A DNA stretch of 64,000 nt from an uncultured virus (IMG/VR IMGVR_UViG_3300044715_000653) (Duplodnaviria > Heunggongvirae > Uroviricota > Caudoviricetes). Location: the IMG/VR virus record IMGVR_UViG_3300044715_000653; one strand, written 5' to 3'. How positions within the stretch are numbered: position 1 is the stretch's first letter; every line of letters starts with the position of its first letter. Under the pieces are notes generated by a model. The model saw only the letters and a list, made by a program, of their open reading frames with translations, was not told the origin of the DNA and did not search any database. This document shows positions 8,724 to 18,559 of this stretch, piece by piece. The position numbers were made by a program, and so were the translations under genes.

Positions 8724-9514
8724 TATTCATCCCTCATTAACTTGTTTGCTTGTATAGCTGCATCAAGTACAGACAACGGTATATTATACGGTTTTGCCAT
8801 TGTAGCAAATGCCGCAGTGTCTTTTGGAAAGCATGCTCCGCCAAATCCAGCTTGTCCATCTGGACCAGGCACTGCCCAATGTGTATTACCTAGTCTTGAG
8901 TCAGTTGCAGCAATACGAGCAACTTCATTCCACTCTACATCTAAGGCACTGGCTAATACACTAAACTCATTGTTTAATACAACTTTAATGGCCAACATAT
9001 TGTTAGCAAAATATTTAAAAAAACTAGCAGTGGCAATGTCACAGTATTCAATATTAACACGGTCAAAGTTGATAGCACTGGCCATTAATACTTCAGCAAC
9101 TTCGTCGCGTAACTTTTTCTTACAGCCAACTACTATTTTATGTGGATTAACATAATCATACTTTGCACGTGCCTGTGTTAAAAATTCTGGAACATGCACA
9201 AGTTTAAGAGCTAGGTCTGTTTCAAGTCTTGTATATACATTGGGTGGTGCTGTACATTTGCAAATTACCAAACCATCGTAGCCCACTAGTCCTTGTAATA
9301 CCGATTCCAATATGCTGGTGTTGCAGGTGCCATCATCCGATTGCGGAGTAGGTACGCAGACAAATATCACACGACACTTTTTCATAAGTGTTTCATAACT
9401 GATTGAAGTATCTGGATATTTGTACGGGTCGTTGATTAATATTCGTTCGTTGGCATAGCTACTTGCGACTGCGCCGCCTACATAACCAAAGCCTATAATT
9501 CCGATATGTTTCAT
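8723..9514 (-). CDS. UDP-glucose/GDP-mannose dehydrogenase family, lacking the C-terminal domain
   Basis: GFGYVG Rossmann motif, FVCVPTP, PEFL, GFGGACFPKD; only 263 aa. Confidence 0.85.
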   Translation of the reverse strand: MKHIGIIGFGYVGGAVASSYANERILINDPYKYPDTSISYETLMKKCRVIFVCVPTPQSDDGTCNTSILESVLQGLVGYDGLVICKCTAPPNVYTRLETDLALKLVHVPEFLTQARAKYDYVNPHKIVVGCKKKLRDEVAEVLMASAINFDRVNIEYCDIATASFFKYFANNMLAIKVVLNNEFSVLASALDVEWNEVARIAATDSRLGNTHWAVPGPDGQAGFGGACFPKDTAAFATMAKPYNIPLSVLDAAIQANKLMRDE

Positions 9515-9562
9515 ACAGTTATTTTATACTCTTATTTGTCCGTTGTCTACTATTTAATCCAA

Positions 9563-9594
9563 TAAAAAGCCCCTTTCGGGGCAATTTATTAAAA
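9563..9594. repeat. 32-bp direct repeat copy A, containing a terminator
   Basis: TAAAAAGCCCCTTTCGGGGCAATTTATTAAAA, identical to 11951-11982. Confidence 0.9.
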
Positions 9595-11016
9595 GTTATA
9601 CTGTAGCTGAACCCGTAAAGCATCTGCTTTAAAGTTAGCATAGTCTTGTTTTACTAGTGTAGTAGCTGATGCGCCTGTTACTAAATTGCTACGGTTCATC
9701 ATATGATAGTAAGCCACAAGTTCAACTTCTGGAGCAATTTGCCATTCAGCACCCAACTCCCAATCGTTAACTTTGTTCATTGGTGAGTTAGTTTCTGCTT
9801 TTGACGCACCATCAAAGTATTGCCATCTAACAAATGGAATTAATGTACCATTGGTATCTAACACCTTGAAGTTATCAATTTTATACATAGTTTGAATGTA
9901 GCCACCGTTTAAATTAGTTTCTTTAATAATGCCGTCAGTACTAGCAGCAGTATCTAAGCCAGGAGTTTTACCCCAGTTCCACTCACCTTGCAAACCGAAA
10001 GGCATAGGGTACATCATAAAACTCACACCCACACGCTCATCTTTAAATCCAGTTGTATTGCCTGGTTCTAATGTTGGTGTTTTAGTTGCGTAGACATTGT
10101 TGCCCATATTTTTTCTATAAGCACTGCCTGTTCTTACATACTTGCCTGTATAACCCTGTACACCAGCTTCGTAAATTTGACCGCTTTCAGTTTTCCATGG
10201 GTAAGTAGCACGTGCCACTACATGGTAGTTGTCGTTACGATCTTGTTGGTTAGCACCTTGGCCGTTATATATACCTAAACCAAACATACCGTAGTTGCCT
10301 GAGTGTTTTAGTCCGCCATCTTGAATTTCTTTAAAGAGTTTTTGCACATTATCCGGTGTGTAGTAGTAAAACGCACCCAAGTCACGTTCATCACGTACCG
10401 CACTATTAAATGCGTCAGCACGATCAAGTGCTAGACGATTTTGTGAAGACTGTAAGTTTTCAAAGCCATATGGTACTTTACTTTGTCCAACACGAACGCG
10501 GTGGACTTTGTCTTTGGTCAAGTTGACATCACCATAAGCATCGCGTAATTGCGCTACGTTACCTGTAGTACCTGCTGTACTAGCAAAGTCAGGTTGAATG
10601 TAGTAATCTAAACGGTCACCGGCAGAACCAGAAATAATCACACGTGCTCGACGAATTAAGAAATTTTTGTCTTGATCAGCAAGAGAGTTTTTATCACCTA
10701 CAGATCGATCTGACCAAAGGTTAACTCCTTCATCACCACTGAGCATAGTAGTGTTACGCATTTGTAAATAGCCACGAATGCTCATTTTACTAGCCGCATG
10801 AACAGTAGTGTCTTTTTCTTTTTTAGCAGCGCCTGTTTCTCCACTGTGTCCTTTATTTAATAATGCGCCTTCTTCTTCTGTAAGTACACCTTTCATAACT
10901 AGTGCGTTAACAATGTCAGTGGTGCTGTCGGCATGCGCTTGCTTTAACCCTGCCATTGATAGCGCAAATGCTATTACTACATAATACATTATTGATTTAA
11001 CCTGTTGTATCGTCAT
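9589..11016 (-). CDS. phosphate-selective porin, OprO/OprP family
   Basis: Signal peptide, LVMKGVLT helix, FLIRRARV, LRDAY, GQSKVPYGFENLQSS, C-terminal Phe. Confidence 0.85.
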   Translation of the reverse strand: MTIQQVKSIMYYVVIAFALSMAGLKQAHADSTTDIVNALVMKGVLTEEEGALLNKGHSGETGAAKKEKDTTVHAASKMSIRGYLQMRNTTMLSGDEGVNLWSDRSVGDKNSLADQDKNFLIRRARVIISGSAGDRLDYYIQPDFASTAGTTGNVAQLRDAYGDVNLTKDKVHRVRVGQSKVPYGFENLQSSQNRLALDRADAFNSAVRDERDLGAFYYYTPDNVQKLFKEIQDGGLKHSGNYGMFGLGIYNGQGANQQDRNDNYHVVARATYPWKTESGQIYEAGVQGYTGKYVRTGSAYRKNMGNNVYATKTPTLEPGNTTGFKDERVGVSFMMYPMPFGLQGEWNWGKTPGLDTAASTDGIIKETNLNGGYIQTMYKIDNFKVLDTNGTLIPFVRWQYFDGASKAETNSPMNKVNDWELGAEWQIAPEVELVAYYHMMNRSNLVTGASATTLVKQDYANFKADALRVQLQYNF

Positions 11017-11027
11017 TCATCTTTCTC

Positions 11028-11777
11028 CTATTTGATTTCATTCCAATATATAATATCCCAGCGTCCTTCATAATCTTCTACCAGGGCACTACAACTTTCA
11101 ACCCAATCGCCGTCATTCATATAAATCATGCCGTTGATGTGTTTAATTTCGGGTGTGTGTATGTGTCCGCAGATAACACCATCGTATCCACGTTTTTGTG
11201 CGTACTGTAACATAGTAAGCTCAAACTTAAACACAAACCCCATTGCTTTTTTAACACGAGCTTTTAAAAACTTACTCAGACTCCAATAACCAAACCCTAA
11301 TTTTCTACGGGCAAAGTTAAAGTAGTTATTAAACCACAAAGCAACATCATACATCTTGTCACCTAAAAATCCTAACCACGGTGCTAGTCTAGTAACACCA
11401 TCAAACAAGTCGCCGTGTGTGATAAGAAATAGTTCCCCATCGATACTACGGTATTCTGCCTGATTGGCCATACGAATATTACCTAGATTAAAACCATGAC
11501 TAACTAACGGACGAAGGAATTCGTCATGGTTGCCAGTTATATAGGTTACATTGCATCCTCGTTTACTATAGCCTAATATCCTACGTATTACATTAGTATG
11601 GCTTTGATGCCAACGCCATTTGTTCTGCTGTATTTTCCAGCCGTCGATTATGTCACCTACAAGAAATAAATTTTCGCAGGTGTGATGTTTAAGGAAATTG
11701 TTTAATAGATCGGCCTTGGCATCTTTAGTGCCAAGATGGAAGTCGGATATACAAATGGTCTTATATCTTGTGGTCAT
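11028..11777 (-). CDS. metallophosphoesterase, PlcP/LpxH-like (probable phospholipase C)
   Basis: SDFHLG, GDIIDGW, GNHD, HGD, CGHIH, NDGDWVES motifs; start at ATG 11777. Confidence 0.85.
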   Translation of the reverse strand: MTTRYKTICISDFHLGTKDAKADLLNNFLKHHTCENLFLVGDIIDGWKIQQNKWRWHQSHTNVIRRILGYSKRGCNVTYITGNHDEFLRPLVSHGFNLGNIRMANQAEYRSIDGELFLITHGDLFDGVTRLAPWLGFLGDKMYDVALWFNNYFNFARRKLGFGYWSLSKFLKARVKKAMGFVFKFELTMLQYAQKRGYDGVICGHIHTPEIKHINGMIYMNDGDWVESCSALVEDYEGRWDIIYWNEIK

Positions 11778-11799
11778 AATTATATTTAAACACACAAAG

Positions 11800-11839
11800 A
11801 TTACAGTAGCGTTACAAACAGATTAAATTTTTGTTACAG
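11800..11839 (-). promoter_or_regulatory. Pho box-like array
   Basis: Four heptamers at exact 11-bp period: CTGTAAC, ATTTAAT, TTGTAAC, CTGTAAT. Confidence 0.7.
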
Positions 11840-11932
11840 TTGGATTAGTTGTTCTATGTAGGGGATAGAAAACACAAGGGTGAAGAAAAGGACAATTTCA
11901 AAGAAAATAATACGTTCGCGCCATGTATACAT
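11834..11932 (-). CDS. 32-aa hydrophobic micropeptide
   Basis: MYTWRERIIFFEIVLFFTLVFSIPYIEQLIQL, directly after TATAAATA (11938-11945). Confidence 0.4.
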   Translation of the reverse strand: MYTWRERIIFFEIVLFFTLVFSIPYIEQLIQL

Positions 11933-11950
11933 AATAGTATTTATAGTTAT

Positions 11951-11982
11951 TAAAAAGCCCCTTTCGGGGCAATTTATTAAAA
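11951..11982. repeat. 32-bp direct repeat copy B, containing a terminator
   Basis: Identical to 9563-9594. Confidence 0.9.
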
Positions 11983-14025
11983 ATCTATCTTACCTTGCAA
12001 ACCAATTTGGTTAGTTGACAAGTCCTTATGTTCCTGTCTACTTGCTGTTATGCTAATTCTGCTACGTGCATTAACTAGATAACTTACTTCACCTTTAATA
12101 TCTTTGTAGCTATCACTAGAAACACCTGCTTCGCCCGACAATATTAGTTTATTAATGGTCTTATCATAGCGCACACCAATTTCGCTGTAGTCATTGGTGT
12201 CAGTTACACTGGCCACAGTTCTAGCACTTTGTATACTACCTGTTTCAGTGTAAGCATCACGTTTATCTTTACCATATGTATAACCTGCGTATGGGCGGAA
12301 GCCGTTTAAGCTAGGAGTATAAACACGGTTACTTAACCACCAATCGTTTCCATCAGTACTGCTGGCATTGTAGAATAAACCCGCTACGTTGCGATTTGAT
12401 TTAAGACTGTTATCAGCTAGACCCAAATCTGTTTTTAAGATCCAATTATTTTTAGTTAAGATACTATAAGCACCCAAGTGATTTTTGTTTTGTTTAGTGG
12501 CACTGTCAACACCTGTTAATGATGTATTAACATTGGTATATTGAGCACCTAACGTCCAGTAGGCTTTAACATCTTTTTCAACGCCAATGTTAAATTTATC
12601 TGACTTAGCATCATAGCCGTTACCTGCGCCGCTGTCTAAATGTGCAACACCCATGTACATTCTGTAACCCTTTCCATCAACCATATCTTTACGGAATAGT
12701 TGTGAGTTTAAGCCACGATTGATACCTGTGTTTAGTTCTGCTAATTGTGTGTATTGATCAACACGACCACCGAAGCTAGCATTAGCTACTGAAGTTGCTA
12801 CGCTGTTCGATACTGTAACATCAGTCACAGGAGCCGCATCAACGAATGTGGTTGTACTATCACTCCATGTGCTGGTTGTACGTACTTTAGTTACTAATGT
12901 ACGTTCCATTGGAGTTGTTACGTTAGTAGTTGTTTCACGTGCAATTGTTTGTACACCTGCGGCTTCTGTAGCATCATGGTGTGCTAGGCTCGCTGTAATA
13001 ACTGGTAATGTTGCACTTATCGCAGTAACATCGCTAATAGTAATAGTTGATGTGCTTGTGCCTGTTACTGTTGGAGCAGGAGGAGGTGTTGGTGTACCCG
13101 ACGCTGCATCTGTTGCTGAACCTACGTCAACTAGCGTGCCGCCTCCAGGAACAGTGCCAGGAGTACCACCACCAGCGCCACCACTAACTGCCGAAGTAGC
13201 CGCACCAAATGCGCTTGGTCCAAAGATATAAGCATAGTTAAAGTGTACAATGTCACCTGCACTTACGCCACTCATTAAGAAACCTAAACCAATTGTATGA
13301 TCTCCGTTACCTACATTGTATCCGCCAACGTTTGTGTAGTAGTCCTTAGGATTAGTTGTCCACATAGGGCTAATACCTGTACCCACGTTAGTTGCTGATG
13401 AGTATAAACCTAATGCGTAACGGCTTACTGTTGCTTCGCTAAACACTACGTTTGTAGTTGGAATTGCACCGTAGCCACGTGCATTGTCTGTAGCACTCGT
13501 ATCACCTGGCATAGGCATAGCATCAGGATCAATAAAGCGGCCAAACCATAGTTTAGGTATAGCTATACTTGCTGTAATCTGTGTGTCAATTTCAATATAC
13601 TTTTGACCAGCCGGTAAGCTGTAGGTATTTTGAATACCAAAGTCACTGGTAGTTGCAGCCCATACAGCACTGTCAGCAGTTGGAGTAGTTACCCAAGCAC
13701 CGCCGGAAATTTGTGCACCACCGGTATTGTTATTTGTATATGAACGGATTAGTGTACCATCAGCTTCTTCTAATCTAACTGTGTAACCTTCAAATGGGCT
13801 ACCCGGTGTTAGATAGTCGCCTTGGCTACTGTTGCCGGGCCAAGTACTTGTACCTGTATTGTCATACTGTAGACCCGGACGTGTGCCACCACCAGATCCT
13901 AGTGTACCTGTACTTTCGTTTACACCTGCTCTTACGTATTCATTTTCGATGATTGCATTTGCGGCCATTGCTTGATTCAAACCAAATACACCCGCTAGCA
14001 TCAATGCTAATGTTATTTTCTTCAT
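11977..14025 (-). CDS. autotransporter-like outer-membrane beta-barrel protein
   Basis: Signal peptide, beta-rich passenger, Gly/Pro/Thr linker, amphipathic C-terminal strands ending in Phe. Confidence 0.7.
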   Translation of the reverse strand: MKKITLALMLAGVFGLNQAMAANAIIENEYVRAGVNESTGTLGSGGGTRPGLQYDNTGTSTWPGNSSQGDYLTPGSPFEGYTVRLEEADGTLIRSYTNNNTGGAQISGGAWVTTPTADSAVWAATTSDFGIQNTYSLPAGQKYIEIDTQITASIAIPKLWFGRFIDPDAMPMPGDTSATDNARGYGAIPTTNVVFSEATVSRYALGLYSSATNVGTGISPMWTTNPKDYYTNVGGYNVGNGDHTIGLGFLMSGVSAGDIVHFNYAYIFGPSAFGAATSAVSGGAGGGTPGTVPGGGTLVDVGSATDAASGTPTPPPAPTVTGTSTSTITISDVTAISATLPVITASLAHHDATEAAGVQTIARETTTNVTTPMERTLVTKVRTTSTWSDSTTTFVDAAPVTDVTVSNSVATSVANASFGGRVDQYTQLAELNTGINRGLNSQLFRKDMVDGKGYRMYMGVAHLDSGAGNGYDAKSDKFNIGVEKDVKAYWTLGAQYTNVNTSLTGVDSATKQNKNHLGAYSILTKNNWILKTDLGLADNSLKSNRNVAGLFYNASSTDGNDWWLSNRVYTPSLNGFRPYAGYTYGKDKRDAYTETGSIQSARTVASVTDTNDYSEIGVRYDKTINKLILSGEAGVSSDSYKDIKGEVSYLVNARSRISITASRQEHKDLSTNQIGLQGKIDF

Positions 14026-14094
14026 AGACTTGCTCCTTACGATCTTAATGTCGTTTTTAATATTTAAACTTAATAATTGCTAAGTTAAGTGCTG

Positions 14095-15231
14095 TTATTG
14101 CCCCTGTATTACTGTTATAGCTTGACAACTACTAGCACAACTACTATTGATACTATAAAATTGTTGTACTGCACCTTGCTGATTTAAGTTTAAACTTCTA
14201 GCACCAGCACCGCTTAATGTAATGTCGGCCATGTGATTAGCACTGCCCTGTTGAGTTATGTCCACTGTCTTATTACCACCACTCAAGTTTAAGTTTAAGT
14301 AAGCATTACCACTGTCTTTTTGTAAGACTGTGACATTATTATTGTCATCGTTAACTGTAGCGTAGATACCTTTAGCACCGCCTGTACTCTGCTGTGTTAG
14401 ATTTACTGTATTACTATCACCGTTGACATTTAGTTCTACATAGTTTGCTGTTGTTGAACTATTACCAGTTTGTGAGATATTAACGGTATTGAAACTACCA
14501 CCACCATTGTATTCTGTGTAGTTATTTTTAGTACCCGTTTGATCAACTGTAATCTCATTGTCATTACCAATTTGGTCTATGTAGACTTGACTGTCATTGG
14601 TATTCCTTGTGGCGTATGACTGTACTTTTGTTACATTAGATGGACTAGCATTAAAACTTGACGAACTACCCCCACAGCATAGTGCAGGAGCTGCAGGCGC
14701 CCAATAGGTATTATCGGTGGCTGTTGACGCTGTGGGTACCATAGCCCATGCTGTTGCTCCCGGAGTGTACCACTGAAAGTTAACCATTTGTCCGCCACCG
14801 TTCTCGTAAAACATCACTTCCACAGCAACAACACCTGCGGCTAATGTAATAGAACTACTTTGTCTAAATGCTCCGCCACTTTCAATCCAACTGTCGACTA
14901 CAGAAACACCATCAACTTTAATACGTATACCGTCGTCGGCTTGTCCGCCAAAGTAGTAGGTGCCTGCTGTTGCGATATTAATGTAACCATAGAAACGAAC
15001 AATAAAGCCATCACTGCGAGTAGGCAAGCCTGCCCCACTACTAGTGGTTAATCCTACTGTGTTTACAGTTCCAGTACTTAATAGTGTGCGATTGGTGATG
15101 TTACCGTTGGCATCTTGAGTATACGAGGGTTGCGCACCGCCTGCGGCATAATTTTGATAATTAAGACCCGTAATTCCTGCTGCCCGGGTATCGGAACAAA
15201 CTAACAATAAGATTAAAAGGAGTCGTTTCAT
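14095..15231 (-). CDS. secreted PA14-domain protein with curlin-like repeats
   Basis: Signal peptide; PA14 (ADDGIRIKVDG, FYENGGG); repeats such as IDQIGNDNEITVDQTG. Confidence 0.75.
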   Translation of the reverse strand: MKRLLLILLLVCSDTRAAGITGLNYQNYAAGGAQPSYTQDANGNITNRTLLSTGTVNTVGLTTSSGAGLPTRSDGFIVRFYGYINIATAGTYYFGGQADDGIRIKVDGVSVVDSWIESGGAFRQSSSITLAAGVVAVEVMFYENGGGQMVNFQWYTPGATAWAMVPTASTATDNTYWAPAAPALCCGGSSSSFNASPSNVTKVQSYATRNTNDSQVYIDQIGNDNEITVDQTGTKNNYTEYNGGGSFNTVNISQTGNSSTTANYVELNVNGDSNTVNLTQQSTGGAKGIYATVNDDNNNVTVLQKDSGNAYLNLNLSGGNKTVDITQQGSANHMADITLSGAGARSLNLNQQGAVQQFYSINSSCASSCQAITVIQGQ

Positions 15232-16319
15232 TGTCGTCTTAACACTCCAGAATTCTGTTTGATACGTACTACATTACCACCTGGATCGCCTGAGCCAATT
15301 GTAGCTGAAGCAATATTATCATCATGTGTTATTTCAATCGACGTATTACTTTCGTAGCCCTGTGTTTTAACTTCCGCATAGTGATCTTCACTTTGACGAA
15401 ACGCTATTCCTCGACCTTTGGCCTGTAGACTGTCGCCATCAGGATTTTCCCACTTGACGCAGACGTTAATTGATGGATTACATCCTGATTTACCACTGTC
15501 AAAACTGTAAGGCATTACCGTAGCTTTAGCTTCGCCTTCTTTGGCTATACGTTGAGCAAGTTGACTTGCTTGGATAGCTTCTAATTCTTCTTGTTCTAGA
15601 TCACGTTTGCTTTTACCTGCTTCTTTACTAGCCTTGACAATTTCAGGTGGGCGGGTGATAATAAGACTGTTACCAATCTTACTTTCAATTGTGTTAATAA
15701 TAGCTGGAGGACTAGGCATCATGTTAGCCGATGTAACATAGGTACCTTCAAATGCTTTATCTAACGTAACTATACCAGCCAGTGTACTAACTTCAATCTT
15801 ACCCACTTTACATAAGTTTTCTTCTAGTTCATATTCTTTGATCTTTTCACCGTCTTTACAACTAGGCACAAGAATTACCAAACTCTGACCGGCTTCGTCT
15901 ACAGTCATGTTAAAGTCTGTACCACGAACAGCAATACTGGCTGTGGGAGTTTTAATGTCTACTCGTTGTGGATTATTCTTAGCAATTTGACCGCTGGCAT
16001 AGCGCACTGTGCCCATGCCTACTTTAAGTGCTAGTTTGCCTGCGTCAGATTTTTTAGGATCGAAGACAAAGTCGTCTATCATTAGTCGACTGTTTTCTGT
16101 TATTTTTACTTTGGTGTCATCTTTAAATGTAATGTTGCTAACACAGCCGCCTGTAACATAGGTATCCATACTTTCTATGGAGGCACCTTTGTTGCCAGGC
16201 AGGGTCTGTTTAGCACGCTCTATTGAACAAGCGGTACCTTTAGTATCGCTTACAGTTCCAATGCCCGCCCAACTGTTGGTATATGCTAATAAGCATACCA
16301 CGGCAAGCAATAGTTTCAT
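15228..16319 (-). CDS. FecR-domain periplasmic protein
   Basis: Signal peptide; FKDDTKVKITENSRL and IKTPTASIAVRGTDF motifs. Confidence 0.85.
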   Translation of the reverse strand: MKLLLAVVCLLAYTNSWAGIGTVSDTKGTACSIERAKQTLPGNKGASIESMDTYVTGGCVSNITFKDDTKVKITENSRLMIDDFVFDPKKSDAGKLALKVGMGTVRYASGQIAKNNPQRVDIKTPTASIAVRGTDFNMTVDEAGQSLVILVPSCKDGEKIKEYELEENLCKVGKIEVSTLAGIVTLDKAFEGTYVTSANMMPSPPAIINTIESKIGNSLIITRPPEIVKASKEAGKSKRDLEQEELEAIQASQLAQRIAKEGEAKATVMPYSFDSGKSGCNPSINVCVKWENPDGDSLQAKGRGIAFRQSEDHYAEVKTQGYESNTSIEITHDDNIASATIGSGDPGGNVVRIKQNSGVLRRQ

Positions 16320-16322
16320 TGA

Positions 16323-17114
16323 CTATCTCACTATTGCTGATACTGGGCTTACTATAGCACCGCTGCTTGAACGTACTGTAATCGTATTATGATCACCAGT
16401 TGTACTAATGTTCAATGTAGTATCATTTGTACCTTGTTGCTGTGTGGTAATACTGTTGTAGTCACCTGTAGTTGATGTAATTAAACTATGACCAGCACTG
16501 CCTGCAGCATCAATTTGTTGTATATTAAATATATTGTTGCTACCACTAATAGTGTTAGTAATATCGGCATTGCTAGTAGTTACACCAATGGTTAATTGGT
16601 TATTATCGCCGCCAATAGTAGTTGATAACGCATTATCACTGCCAACAATATTAGTAATCAACATATTAGTACTACCTGTAACTGACTCAGTAACAGTATT
16701 ACGCATACCGTTAGTGTTGGTGTTACCAATAGTAAGTTTATTTTGATTGCCGCTACCAGTTACAGTACTTGTATAGGTGTTAGTACCACCTTTAATATTA
16801 TACTGCGCTTGGTTATCATCACCAGTTTGCGTTATAGTAACACCATTATTGCTACCGTTGATTGTAGCATAGTTACTAGTACTTGGTGCTGTTACTGTTA
16901 GTGTACTTAGACCTGTTGCGTCAACTGCTACACTACCAGCAGTACCACCAACATCGTTAGTTCCGCCAACCTGTTCAATTGTAACATTATTGGTGTTACC
17001 CAATTGTTCAATGTAAACACGGTTAGGGCCTGTTGGACCTGCGGCTATTACCGACGTTGACAAAGCTAAAAACATCATACTTACCGTTGCTTTTAAATTA
17101 TATTTCATTGTCAT
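16323..17114 (-). CDS. curlin-like beta-repeat secreted protein
   Basis: Signal peptide; repeated x-Q-x-G-x-x-N units; Asn/Thr/Gly-rich. Confidence 0.7.
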   Translation of the reverse strand: MTMKYNLKATVSMMFLALSTSVIAAGPTGPNRVYIEQLGNTNNVTIEQVGGTNDVGGTAGSVAVDATGLSTLTVTAPSTSNYATINGSNNGVTITQTGDDNQAQYNIKGGTNTYTSTVTGSGNQNKLTIGNTNTNGMRNTVTESVTGSTNMLITNIVGSDNALSTTIGGDNNQLTIGVTTSNADITNTISGSNNIFNIQQIDAAGSAGHSLITSTTGDYNSITTQQQGTNDTTLNISTTGDHNTITVRSSSGAIVSPVSAIVR

Positions 17115-17138
17115 GCTCCTTGGATTTTTAAAATCCTA

Positions 17139-18005
17139 TTATTGTTTTTTTGTTTCTAACAGCGGATATGTTATACCATCTGTTTGTACTACAGGCTTAG
17201 GCTCTTCCTTAAATGCCCAATGCCCTTTTCGAACTCCTTCTCGAATAGTAGCAACCACAGCTGCTTTGACTGCTAGATTAGTTGCCTTATTGACACTTTC
17301 GTTAATACTCATACCAGATTCAGCTTCAATGGCTTTTGTGCCTTCTTCAACAAACTTTAATATACCAAATTTATCCATGTAGCTTAATACTGTTTTAGTA
17401 ACTGTTACAGTTGTTAATACTTCACCTGTATTAACGCTTACTGTTCTTAGAGTAACTGTAACCGTGTCACTTTGGTATTGTGTTTGAGCTCCTATACCCA
17501 AAATACGCATACCACTACCACCTGTAAGCAGGTTACTATCGTAGCCTGTTACACTTCCCTCAACAATAACACCAGCAAACATCATTGGTGGTAATGACTT
17601 GGCTTCTCTACCTTGATATTGTTCACGCATCTGACGAATCATCTGACGTTCTTTAATCAAGTTGTCTAACCCTACACGTTCTAACACAGTAAACCAACGT
17701 TGGTCGCCTACATCTTGTAAGGCGCCGATTAAGTATGCTTCTGCACCCTGCGATACTGCTGTACTAAAACTAGCCACGTTAGGTATATTCTTACGTTGTC
17801 CTGTTTTATCTAAGAAACTATACACTGCTATAGGAACAGGACCGCCTGCTGGAGGCAATACTCTATTCTCCGGTTTAGTAAAGTATGTTTCACGTACTAC
17901 TTCAGGTTTATCAAATTGTTCACCTGTGACTTTTTCACGAATCACACTACCCGTGGCACATCCGCCTAATGTTACTGCTAATAAAAGAATTAATAACTTT
18001 TTCAT
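17139..18005 (-). CDS. csgG: curli secretion channel CsgG-like lipoprotein
   Basis: Lipobox LGGC; AVYSFLDKTGQRK, FSTAVSQG, WFTVLERVGLDNLIKERQMIR. Confidence 0.9.
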   Translation of the reverse strand: MKKLLILLLAVTLGGCATGSVIREKVTGEQFDKPEVVRETYFTKPENRVLPPAGGPVPIAVYSFLDKTGQRKNIPNVASFSTAVSQGAEAYLIGALQDVGDQRWFTVLERVGLDNLIKERQMIRQMREQYQGREAKSLPPMMFAGVIVEGSVTGYDSNLLTGGSGMRILGIGAQTQYQSDTVTVTLRTVSVNTGEVLTTVTVTKTVLSYMDKFGILKFVEEGTKAIEAESGMSINESVNKATNLAVKAAVVATIREGVRKGHWAFKEEPKPVVQTDGITYPLLETKKQ

Positions 18006-18502
18006 TAGAAGTAAAAGGTCCCTGCTGGCACTTTCATTGTTGTTACATTATCAACATTAGCCAGATCCTGTATAGTAATAATAATTAATCCACTATCGCT
18101 ACCTGCGCCTAGACTCCACTCGATACTGTTACCGCCCAGGTTTGGTATATTACCGCATACCACTCCTGCTGTAGTACAGGTAGCACCTTCACCAAACATG
18201 CTGTCAGTTAGCTGTTTTGCTAGTTGACTATAAATTCTTGATTCTAAGTTAGCAATGAATCTAGCCTGCGGAGTATTCAATGCAGCAGATTCTGCTTTGG
18301 CCTGTATAGCTTCTGCCGCAGATTCACGCTTGTCCTTGGCCTGATCTTCTAATTGTTTAATCGTAAGGGCATGTATTCCAAAGCCCTGTCCGCTGAATGC
18401 CGGGCTACTGAATGTGTGCACCATTTCGCCAGCCTTGGCAATATTAACGCTAGCAGTCAACGTGACGACCAATAAAAGATTGCAGACCATACGTTTGTTC
18501 AT
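18005..18502 (-). CDS. csgF: curli assembly CsgF-like protein
   Basis: Signal peptide then GEMVHTFSSPAFSG; FIANLESRIYSQL; directly upstream of csgG. Confidence 0.75.
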   Translation of the reverse strand: MNKRMVCNLLLVVTLTASVNIAKAGEMVHTFSSPAFSGQGFGIHALTIKQLEDQAKDKRESAAEAIQAKAESAALNTPQARFIANLESRIYSQLAKQLTDSMFGEGATCTTAGVVCGNIPNLGGNSIEWSLGAGSDSGLIIITIQDLANVDNVTTMKVPAGTFYF

Positions 18503-18507
18503 GCGAA

Positions 18508-18537
18508 AGCCCCGGTTATTATTATTTAACGGGGGCT
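18508..18537 (-). promoter_or_regulatory. hairpin with an embedded late promoter upstream of csgF
   Basis: AGCCCC...GGGGCT stem enclosing TAAATA (18523-18528). Confidence 0.55.
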
Positions 18538-18559
18538 CTGATATAATTAACTTATAGTA

